64,000 bases of DNA from an uncultured Spirochaetota bacterium (GTDB lineage Bacteria > Spirochaetota > Spirochaetia > JAFGXN01), in contig CALXKN010000005.1 in assembly GCA_944388995.1 (NCBI GenBank), positions 30,895-94,894 of the forward strand, read 5' to 3'. The position numbers and the translations under genes were made by a program. The notes beneath the pieces are model-generated. The model saw nothing but the letters and a program-made list of their open reading frames with translations, did not search any database and was not told the DNA's origin. Below are positions 45,854-55,443 of this stretch, in pieces. Position 1 is the first letter of the stretch. Each line of letters starts with the position of its first letter.

Positions 45854-47413
45854 TTGTCCCGGGATTCGGTCACACTCTCCCCCGCTCTTTCCGACGGGGG
45901 AGACAACCTGATTTACGAAGGGCGGCCGCTTTATTCGCGGTATGCGCCGAAAGCGCGTGCCGAACAGCTTGCGGATACGTTTTCGCCGGAACCGCAGAGT
46001 ATCTGCCTCCTTCCGTCGCCGTTACTCGGATACGGAGTCGGAATCATCCGCCGGAAATGCGAGCGGCAAAGCGGCTGTCTTTTTTTATGCGTTGAAGTCG
46101 ATAAAAATCTTTTTGAGCATACGGCAGCGGAGTGCGGCTGTGTGTTTTTCGACGGAAACCGCTTTGAAAAATCATTGGCCGATCTGAGGGACCGAATCCG
46201 CGCCTTGATTTCGGCCGGCCGCTACCGAAAAGTTTCCGTTCCGGTTTTGAACAACGGATACCTTATTCACAAAGAACTCTATGATCGGATCGCGTTTGAC
46301 ATTCAGAAAGAGATTGATTTTTTTTGGAAAAACCGCTCGGTCCTCCTTTTCTTCAAAGATTTGCCGTTCCGCAATATTTTCAGGAATTTAAAAATCGGTC
46401 TGAACGATTCTCTTCTTGAAAGAGAAGACGCCGCTTATTTTGTCTGCGGCGCCGGCGAATCGTTGGAACACATCCTGCCGTTTTTATCGGAGCGGCGGAC
46501 ATTTTTCCGGATTGTCGCTGCCGATACGGCTCTCCCCGTTTTACTGAAAAGCGGAATTGTTCCCGATTTTACGGTTGTTCTGGAAAGTCAAAGCGCCAAC
46601 ACAGGCGATTTTATTTACGGAATCCCCGAAGAAACCGTGTATATAACCGAAATTTCATCCTCGCCGTCGGCAGCCCGCCGTTTTCCCGTGAAAAAAACGA
46701 TTCAAATTCCGTTCTCTCAATCCGCCTGCGCCGGACGTCTTCCCCAACACTTCGCGCCGTTTCCCCAAACCGGTTCTGTCGGCGTCGCCGCGCTGACGGC
46801 GGCATTTGAGCTGACGGCGGGCAAAATTTTCATTGCCGGTCTTGATTTCTGCTTCCGCCCCGGAAAGAGTCACGCGCGGGGCACCGAGGCTCATGAAAGC
46901 CTTTTAAGACGGCAGACCCGGTTTTCCGGACTTGAAAACGGCATTGCCACGGAAACGGCCTTTGCAGAAAGCGTTTGCGGGCACCGCGTCGGCGTATCTC
47001 CCGCGCTTTTGAATGACGCCTCCCTGATCCGCGCCGAAGCGGCGAATTGGAAGCGGGTTTACGATTGCCGCGCGGACGGGCTGCCGCTCGGTCTGCCCCG
47101 AATCAGGGCGGAAGAAATTCCACTGCCGACGGAACCGCTGAAACCGCTTGTAATCCGTCCGGCTCCGGCCGGCGGCAAAACGCAAACCGCCGCCTTTTTC
47201 GGCAGCGAAACGGCTCTGTTGGCGGCAGCCGAAAATGAGCTTGCGGCCACCGGAACGTTATCCGATGAAACGGCGCGCGGCATTGATTATCTGCACCGGT
47301 TTTTTCCCGATTATCCGCCGGATTCCCGAAACCGCTCTTATGGCGTCCGAGTCGGATTTTTTGTCAGGAAATTCCGGCGTCTGCTGAGAAAAATCAATCG
47401 ACGTCCGATTTAA
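45854..47413 (+). CDS. DUF115 (MptE/Maf-like) domain protein
   Basis: Family-like blocks are present: FVCGAGESL, RIVAADTALPVLLKSGIVPDFTVVLESQ, GSVGVAALTAAFELTAGKIFIAGLDF. It has a TTG start and no ATG nearby. Confidence 0.55.
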   Translation: MSRDSVTLSPALSDGGDNLIYEGRPLYSRYAPKARAEQLADTFSPEPQSICLLPSPLLGYGVGIIRRKCERQSGCLFLCVEVDKNLFEHTAAECGCVFFDGNRFEKSLADLRDRIRALISAGRYRKVSVPVLNNGYLIHKELYDRIAFDIQKEIDFFWKNRSVLLFFKDLPFRNIFRNLKIGLNDSLLEREDAAYFVCGAGESLEHILPFLSERRTFFRIVAADTALPVLLKSGIVPDFTVVLESQSANTGDFIYGIPEETVYITEISSSPSAARRFPVKKTIQIPFSQSACAGRLPQHFAPFPQTGSVGVAALTAAFELTAGKIFIAGLDFCFRPGKSHARGTEAHESLLRRQTRFSGLENGIATETAFAESVCGHRVGVSPALLNDASLIRAEAANWKRVYDCRADGLPLGLPRIRAEEIPLPTEPLKPLVIRPAPAGGKTQTAAFFGSETALLAAAENELAATGTLSDETARGIDYLHRFFPDYPPDSRNRSYGVRVGFFVRKFRRLLRKINRRPI

Positions 47414-49202
47414 GAACCGATAAAAACGCCGACTGCGGCAATTCAACGTTGCCGATCATCTTCATCCGCTTTTTCCCTTCTTTTTGTTTCTCCAAAAGCT
47501 TCCGCTTGCGGCTGATGTCACCTCCGTAACATTTGGCCGTCACATCCTTTCGGACGGCGGAAATGGTCTCGCGCGAAACGATGGTCGAACCGATGGCCCC
47601 CTGAATCGGAATCGGAAATTGGTGACGGGGAATCTCTTCTTTCAGTTTTTTACAGATAATCCGCCCTTTATACGCCGCATTGGCCTTATAAATCAACTGA
47701 GAGAGCGCGTCGACAGGATTGCCGTTCAGCAGAATATCGAGTTTGACCAATTCCGTCGGCTGAAAATCCGTCACTTCATAATCAAAAGAAGCGTATCCCC
47801 TTGAAATTGATTTCAGTCTGTCGTAAAATTCAAAAAGAACCTCCGCCAACGGCATATTGTAAACCATTTCCACCCGCTTTTCATCCAAATAAGTCATTGA
47901 CTCCTGACAGCCCCGTTTTTCCAGACAGAGATTGATAACGGCGCCGACATATTCGGCGGGAGTAATGATGGTCGCGCGGATATACGGTTCCTCGGTTTTC
48001 TCGATATGCGCCGGATTGGGATAATCGACCGGATTGTCTATCAGCCTCACTTCTCCGTTGCGCATCGTGACGCGGTATTCAACGGAAGGGCTCGTAAAAA
48101 TAATGGAAAGTCCGAATTCCCGTTCGATCCGTTCCTGGACAACTTCAAGATGGAGAAGGCCGAGAAATCCGCAACGGAACCCGAACCCGAGCGCCGCCGA
48201 CGAATCCTTTTCATAGACAAGAGAGGCGTCGTTGAGCTTTAACTTTTCGATGGCCGACAACAGCTCTTCGTAATCGCTTGCATCAACAGGATAAATGGAG
48301 GAAAAAACGACCGGTTTGACCTCTTTAAATCCTTTCAGGGGAGCGGGCGCCGGATTGTCCGCAAGTGTGACCGTATCGCCGACCCGGACGTCGGAGATGG
48401 TTTTAATACCGGCAATCAGATAGCCGACGTCGCCGGAACGCAAACCTTCGGCTTTCCGCTCCAAACGCAGCCGGAAAACGCCGGTCTCTTCGATTTTGTA
48501 ATCGGAACCGCTGTGCATAAACCGGACGGTCCGGCCTTCTTTCAGTACTCCGGAAAAAACACGGACGTGAACCACCACTCCGCGGTAAGTGTCATAGTGG
48601 GAGTCGAAAATCAGAGCCCGCAACGGTTCACCGTCCCTCTCATCCGGCGGCGGAATCAGTTCGACAATCTTTTCAAAGAGTTCGTCAACCCCCGTCCCGA
48701 TCTTCGCGGAAACCGCGACCGCCGTCTCCGCATCCAAGCCGAGGTCGCGGTTGATTTGATGTTTGACCGCTTCGATATCGGCGCTCGGCAAATCGATTTT
48801 ATTAATGACAGGAATCATTTCTAAGTTGTGCTCGACGGCAAGATACATATTCGCCAATGTCTGCGCCTCAACTCCCTGACTGGCGTCAATCAGGAGCAAC
48901 GCGCCTTCGCAGGCGGAAATGGCGCGGGAGACCTCATAAGTAAAGTCGACGTGTCCCGGCGTATCGACCAAATTCAGAGTGTATTTCCGCCCGTTCTTCG
49001 CCGTATACGGAATGGAAACCGCCTGACTTTTAATGGTAATCCCCCGTTCGCGTTCAATGTCCATACTGTCGAGAACCTGATTGGCGACACCGATTCTTTC
49101 GTCAACGATTTTGGCTTTTTCGATGAAACGGTCGGCTAAAGTCGACTTGCCGTGATCGATGTGGGCGATAATGCAAAAATTCCGGACCGTTTCCCGTTTC
49201 AT
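47394..49202 (-). CDS. lepA: Elongation factor 4
   Basis: NFCIIAHIDHGKSTLADR G-domain and a LepA-specific C-terminus. Confidence 0.95.
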   Translation of the reverse strand: MKRETVRNFCIIAHIDHGKSTLADRFIEKAKIVDERIGVANQVLDSMDIERERGITIKSQAVSIPYTAKNGRKYTLNLVDTPGHVDFTYEVSRAISACEGALLLIDASQGVEAQTLANMYLAVEHNLEMIPVINKIDLPSADIEAVKHQINRDLGLDAETAVAVSAKIGTGVDELFEKIVELIPPPDERDGEPLRALIFDSHYDTYRGVVVHVRVFSGVLKEGRTVRFMHSGSDYKIEETGVFRLRLERKAEGLRSGDVGYLIAGIKTISDVRVGDTVTLADNPAPAPLKGFKEVKPVVFSSIYPVDASDYEELLSAIEKLKLNDASLVYEKDSSAALGFGFRCGFLGLLHLEVVQERIEREFGLSIIFTSPSVEYRVTMRNGEVRLIDNPVDYPNPAHIEKTEEPYIRATIITPAEYVGAVINLCLEKRGCQESMTYLDEKRVEMVYNMPLAEVLFEFYDRLKSISRGYASFDYEVTDFQPTELVKLDILLNGNPVDALSQLIYKANAAYKGRIICKKLKEEIPRHQFPIPIQGAIGSTIVSRETISAVRKDVTAKCYGGDISRKRKLLEKQKEGKKRMKMIGNVELPQSAFLSVLKSDVD

Positions 49203-51166
49203 TTTTCGTCCGGTCCGTCTGTCTCTTCGGATCCGGCGGCGGCCGGTTCGTTCTGAACGGAATTTTCTCCGTTACCGGAATCCGCCGCGGTTTGAGTCTC
49301 TTCGGGCGTTTTTTCTTCCGTCGGAAAACCAAGCAGAATCCGGATCTCCTTGTCGTCCATTGTTTCGCGCTCAATCAGGGCTTCCGCCAGCGTTTTCAGC
49401 TGATCGATGTGTTCGGTTAAAATCGCCTCGGTCCTTTCGTAACACCGCTTCATGATCAGCCGGATTTCCTCATCGATTTTCAAAGCGGTTCCTTCCGAAT
49501 AATCTTTATGGTGCGAAAGTTCCCGGCCGATGAAAATCGGTTCCGATTCGGCGCCGAACGCCATAAATCCGAGCGGGCTCATTCCCCATTCACAAACCAT
49601 TTGACGCGCCAGATCGGTCGCCCTCTTGATATCATTCTGCGTACCCGTGGTGGTCTCTCCGTAAATCAGTTTTTCGGCAACATAGCCGCCCATCATTACC
49701 GAAACAGTCGCCATCAGCCGGCTCTGCGTTTCGCTGTGCTTATCGTGTTCGGGCAAGGCAAACGTCACGCCCAATGCCCGTCCGCGGGGAATAATCGTAA
49801 CCTTGTGCAGAGGATCCAACTCTTTGATGTAATAATAAAGCAATGCGTGTCCGGCCTCATGAAAAGCGGTCGCCCTTTTCTCCTCTTTGGTCAAGACCAT
49901 CGATTTACGGGCCGCTCCCATATAGACTTTGTCGCGGGCTTCCTCAAAAAAATCCATTGTTACCGATGCTTTATCCGCGCGCGCTGTCAGCAAGGCCGCT
50001 TCGTTGCAGAGATTTTCCAAATCGGCGCCGGAAAATCCGGGGGTCGCCTTGGCTATCACATCAAGCCGGACATCTTTCCCCAAAGGAATGTTTTTCGTAT
50101 GAATTTTCAGAATTGCTTCCCGCTCGGCAACATCCGGCAGTCCGACGACCACCTGCCGGTCGAACCGGCCGGGACGCAGCAGCGCGGGATCCAGAACATC
50201 GGGACGGTTGGTTGCCGCCAGAATAATGATTCCTTCCTGCGTTCCGAAACCGTCCATTTCCACCAGCATTTGATTGAGGGTCTGCTCCCGCTCATCGTGT
50301 CCGCCGCCGTAACCGGCTCCCCGCTTGCGGCCGACGGCGTCCAATTCATCGATGAAAATAATGCACGGCGCGTTTTTTCGCCCCTGATCGAACAAATCCC
50401 TAACGCGGCTGGCTCCGACACCGACAAACATTTCGACAAAATCGGAACCGGACATCGAAAAAAACGGAACCTTTGCCTCTCCGGCAACAGCCTTGGCCAA
50501 CAGCGTTTTTCCCGTTCCCGGAGGGCCGACCAATAAAATTCCCTTGGGAATTTTAGCCCCCAACTTGATGAATTTCTGCTTGTTTTTTAAAAAATCGACC
50601 ACTTCCGCCAAATCGGATTTTGCTTCCGCCTGCCCGGCAACGTCCTTAAAGCGGACCTTCACCTCTCCTTCACCGTAGCGCCGCGCATTGCTGCGTCCGA
50701 AGCTCATTCCGTTCTTTCCCGACGCCCCCATCGGGCCCCTCATCATAATGATGAAAAAGATCAGCAGCAACAGCATGGGAAAAAAACTCAGGAAAATCTG
50801 CAAAAGATTTGAGTCGCTTTTTTGCCCGTCATACTGAATGCCCTTTTCCTGAAGACGGAGGAGCAGCTGATCGTCAAAATACGGAATCAAAGTCTTGTAC
50901 GCGACGGAAGGATCGCTGGTCAGTGTGTAGCGGATTTCGCGGTCATCGACGATACTGACGGAGGCCACGTCGCCGGATTCCAGACGCTCCAGGAATTGGG
51001 AGTATTTGCGGGTTTCAATAACCGGACGGTCTTTCGTAAAAACCAGATAAAGCGCCGACAAAATAATGATGAGTAAAAATATGAGCGCGAAGCGGTTCGG
51101 CTTAAAAAAATTACCTTCATTTTGAGGGAACGGACCTTTTTTATCCTGTTTCTTATTATCTGCCAT
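49199..51166 (-). CDS. ftsH: ATP-dependent zinc metalloprotease FtsH
   Basis: Walker [19 protein letters not shown], the SRH region, and zinc motif HEAGHAL. Confidence 0.95.
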   Translation of the reverse strand: MADNKKQDKKGPFPQNEGNFFKPNRFALIFLLIIILSALYLVFTKDRPVIETRKYSQFLERLESGDVASVSIVDDREIRYTLTSDPSVAYKTLIPYFDDQLLLRLQEKGIQYDGQKSDSNLLQIFLSFFPMLLLLIFFIIMMRGPMGASGKNGMSFGRSNARRYGEGEVKVRFKDVAGQAEAKSDLAEVVDFLKNKQKFIKLGAKIPKGILLVGPPGTGKTLLAKAVAGEAKVPFFSMSGSDFVEMFVGVGASRVRDLFDQGRKNAPCIIFIDELDAVGRKRGAGYGGGHDEREQTLNQMLVEMDGFGTQEGIIILAATNRPDVLDPALLRPGRFDRQVVVGLPDVAEREAILKIHTKNIPLGKDVRLDVIAKATPGFSGADLENLCNEAALLTARADKASVTMDFFEEARDKVYMGAARKSMVLTKEEKRATAFHEAGHALLYYYIKELDPLHKVTIIPRGRALGVTFALPEHDKHSETQSRLMATVSVMMGGYVAEKLIYGETTTGTQNDIKRATDLARQMVCEWGMSPLGFMAFGAESEPIFIGRELSHHKDYSEGTALKIDEEIRLIMKRCYERTEAILTEHIDQLKTLAEALIERETMDDKEIRILLGFPTEEKTPEETQTAADSGNGENSVQNEPAAAGSEETDGPDEK

Positions 51167-52541
51167 GTTCAGTCCTTATTTCCATATAATAGTTAAAAAA
51201 ACGATTTTTTTCAAGATCCGCCGGATTTTTTGTCGCCCGTTTGACGGTGGGAAAAACGGCCTTCACTCCCGTCCGGTCGCATAAAACCGCGGCCGGAAAC
51301 CGCCCGGTTTTTCCCGTTTCCGTTTTCCCCGCGCAACCGCCGTCCCCGAAACGAAAGGATCGGAGAAAAAGCGGCGGCGCCGCCTCGTCTTCGGAAAGCG
51401 AAAAATCCGCGCCTTCATCGCGGAACGGCTCCTTCCGGACGGTCACAACTCCGCCGGGAAAACGGTAACGCCCGGGTTCGGAAACATCGAAACAGAAAGC
51501 GCAGCGCAGAACGGAAGAAGCCGGCGGAGAAAAGAGGATTCGGTCGGAATCGCATTTGACGCGAACGCCTCGGTAAAATTTTTCACCGCGGAAGCAGTCG
51601 GCCGCCTCCCGGATAAAATCAAACGAAATCCGTTCCCGATCCCTCCCGGTCAGAACGCACTGCAGCGCCTCGCGGACAGCTTCATAACGTTCCCGCTTCG
51701 GAAGCGAATCCCACTGTCCGCGTCTGATAAAAACGGCTCCGTTTCCGTCTCTCTCCGTAACCGTTTCGGAAAGAGACGGAAGCGCCTGTACGGCCGCATT
51801 TGCCTTTTCAATCAGGCGGTCGATGCCTTTTTTCCATCCGGGGAATTCCTTATCCAAAAACGGGGCGACCTTTTGACGGAACCGGTTTCTCGGTATCGAT
51901 AAATCGCCGTTTGTCGAATCGAAAATCCCGGTCAAATGATTTTCGGAAAGCCATCCGGTAAGCGTCTGCTTGGAAACCGTCAGCAGCGGACGCAGGAAAA
52001 ACCCGTTTCTCCGCGGAATTCCTTTCAGTCCGAGAAGGCCGGCTCCTTCAAAAACCCGCTGAACCACCGTTTCCCGGTTGTCGTCTGCGTGGTGGGCGGT
52101 CAAAAACCAATCGGCAAACCCTTCTTCTTTTAATTCGGAGAAGATACGGTAACGTTCCGCGCGGGCAGCTTCTTCGGGAGAGCGTCCGCATTCGCGGATC
52201 ATCCGTCGGAGAAGCCCGGGCGGAAGGGATTCGCATCGAAGTTCGATCTCCCGTTCCCCGCAAAAACGTCGGACAAACTCCTCGTCCGCGCGGCTCTCTT
52301 CAGCGTTTCTGATATTGTGACGGATATGAACCGCTTTTAAAAGAAACCGGTAGCGCAGCGAAAGTCTGTGCATCAAAGACAAAAGCGCCGTCGAATCCTC
52401 TCCTCCCGAAAAACAGACGGCAAAAACACAGCCGCCTGCTTCCAGCGGAATGTTTTCGCTGTTAAAAAATTCAAGAAGAAGTTTTTCCGGATTTACCGGA
52501 GCAGTTGATTTCATGGCACGCTTTTTCAAAATTTCCGGCAA
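51156..52541 (-). CDS. tilS: tRNA(Ile)-lysidine synthase
   Basis: PP-loop SGGEDS. The start is uncertain: TTG 52541 or ATG 52514. Either choice overlaps the pth 3' end, by 71 nt or 44 nt. Confidence 0.8.
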   Translation of the reverse strand: MPEILKKRAMKSTAPVNPEKLLLEFFNSENIPLEAGGCVFAVCFSGGEDSTALLSLMHRLSLRYRFLLKAVHIRHNIRNAEESRADEEFVRRFCGEREIELRCESLPPGLLRRMIRECGRSPEEAARAERYRIFSELKEEGFADWFLTAHHADDNRETVVQRVFEGAGLLGLKGIPRRNGFFLRPLLTVSKQTLTGWLSENHLTGIFDSTNGDLSIPRNRFRQKVAPFLDKEFPGWKKGIDRLIEKANAAVQALPSLSETVTERDGNGAVFIRRGQWDSLPKRERYEAVREALQCVLTGRDRERISFDFIREAADCFRGEKFYRGVRVKCDSDRILFSPPASSVLRCAFCFDVSEPGRYRFPGGVVTVRKEPFRDEGADFSLSEDEAAPPLFLRSFRFGDGGCAGKTETGKTGRFPAAVLCDRTGVKAVFPTVKRATKNPADLEKNRFFNYYMEIRTEHGR

Positions 52542-53064
52542 AAAGATTTTTCAGTGGTCCGGGAATTTTCGAAGCCGCTTCCGACAGAACTCTCATCTCC
52601 TCGTCCGTCAGCGGCGCCAGAACATGGGTGACGCTGTCGCGTTCCGTCGTTTCAGGGCGGCCGACGCCGACATAAAGCCGGTAAAACGAAGGTCCGATTG
52701 CCGAAATAACGGATTTCAGACCGTTATGACCGGCGGAAGATCCCCCTTTTTTCAGACGAAGCGCTCCGAACGGTAAATCCATATTGTCGGCAATCACCAG
52801 ACACCGTTGGGCGTCAATTCCGTTGGCGCGGAATAACTTCGCAAACACTTTCCCGCTGAGGTTCATAAAGGTTTCCGGTTTGGCTAAAACCACACGCTCT
52901 CCGTCAACCGTCCCCGATCCCGCGGAAAGCGAATCAAACAACCGGCGTTTCAGCTGAATCCCGTAAACGGCGGCCAACCGGTCAATAAAAAGAAAACCCG
53001 CGTTGTGACGGGTTTTTTCATAGCGGGCGCCGGGATTCCCCAGCCCCGCAATCAAAAAGCTCAT
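52471..53064 (-). CDS. pth: Peptidyl-tRNA hydrolase
   Basis: LIAGLGNPG, TRHNAGF and GHNGLKS motifs. Confidence 0.9.
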   Translation of the reverse strand: MSFLIAGLGNPGARYEKTRHNAGFLFIDRLAAVYGIQLKRRLFDSLSAGSGTVDGERVVLAKPETFMNLSGKVFAKLFRANGIDAQRCLVIADNMDLPFGALRLKKGGSSAGHNGLKSVISAIGPSFYRLYVGVGRPETTERDSVTHVLAPLTDEEMRVLSEAASKIPGPLKNLFAGNFEKACHEINCSGKSGKTSS

Positions 53065-53084
53065 AAAGCCTCCGGAGGGAGATT

Positions 53085-53711
53085 TCAGCCGGCTGATTCG
53101 GAAGCCGCGGCAGCTCCGTCGGCTTCAGCGGCGGGAGCGATATCGTCGACGGAGCTCATAGCCGATTTTCCGTAAACCTGAGCGACAACTTCATCGGGAG
53201 CATTTAAAAACTTAATATTGTCATATCCCGTGATTTCGCTGACATGAAACGACGAATCGATTTCCATGGCAGTGACATCGACCGCAATTTCAGCCGGCAG
53301 ATGGCGCGGCAGACACGTGATTTTCAGTTCGTTCAGCAGCTGTTCCATGACGCCGCCGTCGGCTTCTCCTTTCGAACGGCCGATCAGTTTAACGGGAACT
53401 TTCGTGGTGATTTCAACGCCTTTGTGAACCTGAATGAAATCCAAATGGGTAATACGCCGGTTGACAGGAGAAAACTGATAATCCTTGATCAGAACCGTCA
53501 GCTCATCGTTTTCCAACTCCAGGGAAATCAGAATATTCTCGGAGATGTGGGTGAATTTCTTATTGAATTCCGCAGCCGAAACGGAAACCATTACCGGCTC
53601 ATCGCCGTGTCCGTAAACGATCCCGGGAATCTGCCCTTCCGTCCGCATTTTTTTCAGCGCACATTTCCCGGATTTTCCGCGCGCAAGAGCTTTTAAAGTC
53701 ACTTTATCCAT
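53085..53711 (-). CDS. rplY: 50S ribosomal protein L25/general stress protein Ctc
   Basis: L25 N-domain (GQIPGIVYG) plus the Ctc C-domain. It follows pth as in many bacteria. Confidence 0.9.
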   Translation of the reverse strand: MDKVTLKALARGKSGKCALKKMRTEGQIPGIVYGHGDEPVMVSVSAAEFNKKFTHISENILISLELENDELTVLIKDYQFSPVNRRITHLDFIQVHKGVEITTKVPVKLIGRSKGEADGGVMEQLLNELKITCLPRHLPAEIAVDVTAMEIDSSFHVSEITGYDNIKFLNAPDEVVAQVYGKSAMSSVDDIAPAAEADGAAAASESAG

Positions 53712-53739
53712 CTGTCAAACCTCAAGAGTAAAATGAAAT

Positions 53740-53811
53740 TTGGGCCGGAAGGATTCGAACCTACGAATGACGGAACCAAAACCCGTTGCCTTACCTCTTG
53801 GCGACGACCCA
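53740..53811 (-). tRNA. tRNA-Gln (anticodon UUG)
   Basis: I hand-folded the cloverleaf. The acceptor stem is UGGGUCG/CGGCCCA and the D arm is GCC-AAGAGGUAA-GGC. The anticodon stem is ACGGG/UCCGU with loop UUUUGGU. The T arm is GUAGG-UUCGAAU-CCUUC. It aligns position by position with E. coli tRNA-Gln. No CCA is encoded. Confidence 0.85.
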
Positions 53812-53868
53812 AATTCTGTTACAGGATATCCCGTTTCCTGAAAAAAATCAAGTAGTCGGATACAAATT

Positions 53869-54192
53869 TTATAAAACGCTGTCAATAGTGACCTTTCCGT
53901 CGAAATCGTCGTCTTCGTCCGATTCGACGCTGTCCTCATCGGAGGCCTTTTCATACGCATCCAAAAGAACTTCTTTCATCAGATTTCGGAAATCGGAACG
54001 GATCGGATGCGCGACGTCCTTGTACTCCCCGCTTTTGATCCTCCGGCTCGGCATGGCTATAAAATAACCGTTTTTCCCTTCAATGATTTTGACATTGTGA
54101 ATCACGAAAGCATGATCAAAGGTGACGGTCGCGTAAGCCTTCAGTTTTCCGTCGCCCCTGACTTTTCTGACACGGACATCGGTAATTTCCAT
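53869..54192 (-). CDS. spoVG: Septation/regulatory protein SpoVG
   Basis: MEITDVRVRKV...KLKAYATVTFD...FVIHNVKIIEGKNGYFIAMPSRR is the canonical SpoVG sequence. It has an acidic C-terminal tail. The start was trimmed to MEITDV. Confidence 0.9.
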   Translation of the reverse strand: MEITDVRVRKVRGDGKLKAYATVTFDHAFVIHNVKIIEGKNGYFIAMPSRRIKSGEYKDVAHPIRSDFRNLMKEVLLDAYEKASDEDSVESDEDDDFDGKVTIDSVL

Positions 54193-54245
54193 AACTTCCT
54201 CCGAAAAACTTTTTCCACTGAAATATTGTAAAACGAGTTGCGCCA

Positions 54246-55094
54246 TTACACAAGAAAAAAAATCTTTTTTGCAACGTTTTTTTCAGTGAAATTCCGGTAG
54301 AATCGGTTTCTTTCGCTCTTTTTTTCAAATAAAGCGTAAAGGGAACTGCCGCTGCCGGATAAATTCCAGTACGGAGGATCCGCCTTCCGAATTGCTTCCG
54401 CGGCGGCGGCGACGGCGGAGGACGACTCTTCCAGAACCGGCAGAAAAACATTTTCATACCGCCAGGATTTCAGCGGTTTATAAAAATCCGCGATTTCGCT
54501 TTCCGGATCGCGGAAAACCGCTTTGGCGCCTCCGCGTTCATCCAAAAGGCGGTAAGCCTCCGCCGTCGGACTGACGCAGTCCGGCAAAATCAAAACCCCG
54601 TAAGTCGCGGCCCGTTTCGCAATCGGACGGACGTTTTCCCCCCGCCCGGAAACGTAAGCGGCCGATCCGCAAAGGAAAAACGGCACATCGCTTCCGATTT
54701 CGGCCGCGGCTTCGGCTAAAAGGCGGCTGCCGGTTTTCCGGTAAATCCGGTTCAGGGTTTCGAGAACGGCGGCCGCATCGGAAGAACCGCCGCCGAGACC
54801 GCCGCCGGCCGGAATGCGTTTGCGGCAGCGGATCGTCACGGAGAGTTCGGGGCAAAACCGGTCCCTGTAGAGCAAAACGGCTTTGCTCATCGTATTGGAA
54901 GCGTCGGCCTCTTTTCCGTCCATCAAGACTCTGATTTTCGGCTTCCCGAAACGGTGAAAACAAAAATAAAGCGTGTCGTGCAGGGAAATTTTCGTAAAAA
55001 CCGATGAAAGCGGATGAAAGCCGTCGTCCCGCCGCGCTCCCGCCTCCAGCGATAAGTTCAGTTTTGCGTAAGCCCGGATTTTGAGAAACTTCAT
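54246..55094 (-). CDS. ispE: 4-diphosphocytidyl-2-C-methyl-D-erythritol kinase
   Basis: KLNLSL and the GHMP motif PAGGGLGGGSSDAAAV. The start was trimmed to MKFLKIRAYAK. Confidence 0.85.
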   Translation of the reverse strand: MKFLKIRAYAKLNLSLEAGARRDDGFHPLSSVFTKISLHDTLYFCFHRFGKPKIRVLMDGKEADASNTMSKAVLLYRDRFCPELSVTIRCRKRIPAGGGLGGGSSDAAAVLETLNRIYRKTGSRLLAEAAAEIGSDVPFFLCGSAAYVSGRGENVRPIAKRAATYGVLILPDCVSPTAEAYRLLDERGGAKAVFRDPESEIADFYKPLKSWRYENVFLPVLEESSSAVAAAAEAIRKADPPYWNLSGSGSSLYALFEKKSERNRFYRNFTEKNVAKKIFFLV

Positions 55095-55148
55095 GGAATC
55101 ATTATGGCACAAATTCTTCCGTTCGGAAAGCAAAAAAACAAAAAAAAG

Positions 55149-55177
55149 GTTGACAATCTTTCCCGGCGGATTTAAAG
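55149..55177 (+). promoter_or_regulatory. Candidate promoter of the acidic-protein gene
   Basis: TTGACA, 17 nt, TAAAGT. GGAGGA follows at 55187-55192 and the ATG at 55204. Confidence 0.5.
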
Positions 55178-55203
55178 TATTTATCGCGGAGGACGGAAGC
55201 AAG

Positions 55204-55443
55204 ATGTCGGAATTTGATGACGATGAGTTTGATTACGATCAGTTTGACGGGGATGAAGAAACCGGATTTCAGTCTTTGGAAGATTTACAGGAAGAAGAAG
55301 ACGAAGATGATTTCTCCGACGACGAAGATGACTTCGAAGAGTCTTTTCCTTTTCGAAACACCATTCTTGACGACTACGAGGAAGAAGATGAAGATTTTGA
55401 CGAAGATATGTATGATTCCGTCGGTGACGATGAAGAATTCTGA
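55204..55443 (+). CDS. Small hyper-acidic protein (79 aa, 43 Asp/Glu, one Arg, no Lys/His)
   Basis: It has its own promoter and SD. The composition was counted from the translation. The protein ends ...GDDEEF. Confidence 0.6.
   Translation: MSEFDDDEFDYDQFDGDEETGFQSLEDLQEEEDEDDFSDDEDDFEESFPFRNTILDDYEEEDEDFDEDMYDSVGDDEEF

Noticed and set aside
49508-50536. 342-aa plus-strand ORF.
   Set aside because: It is antisense to the unmistakable ftsH AAA+/protease core. It has low-complexity Arg/Gly/Phe composition. It is a shadow ORF.
53715-53960. 81-aa minus-strand ORF.
   Set aside because: It runs straight through the tRNA-Gln gene and the spoVG 3' end. It is not coding.
55081-55203. Upstream extension of the acidic-protein ORF (120-aa version).
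   Set aside because: It would overlap the ispE start and the gene's own promoter. The SD GGAGGA sits in front of ATG 55204.
55250-55440. GAA/GAT/GAG-rich stretch as a tandem repeat or microsatellite.
   Set aside because: There is no exact repeating unit. It is codon-level low complexity from an Asp/Glu-rich coding sequence.
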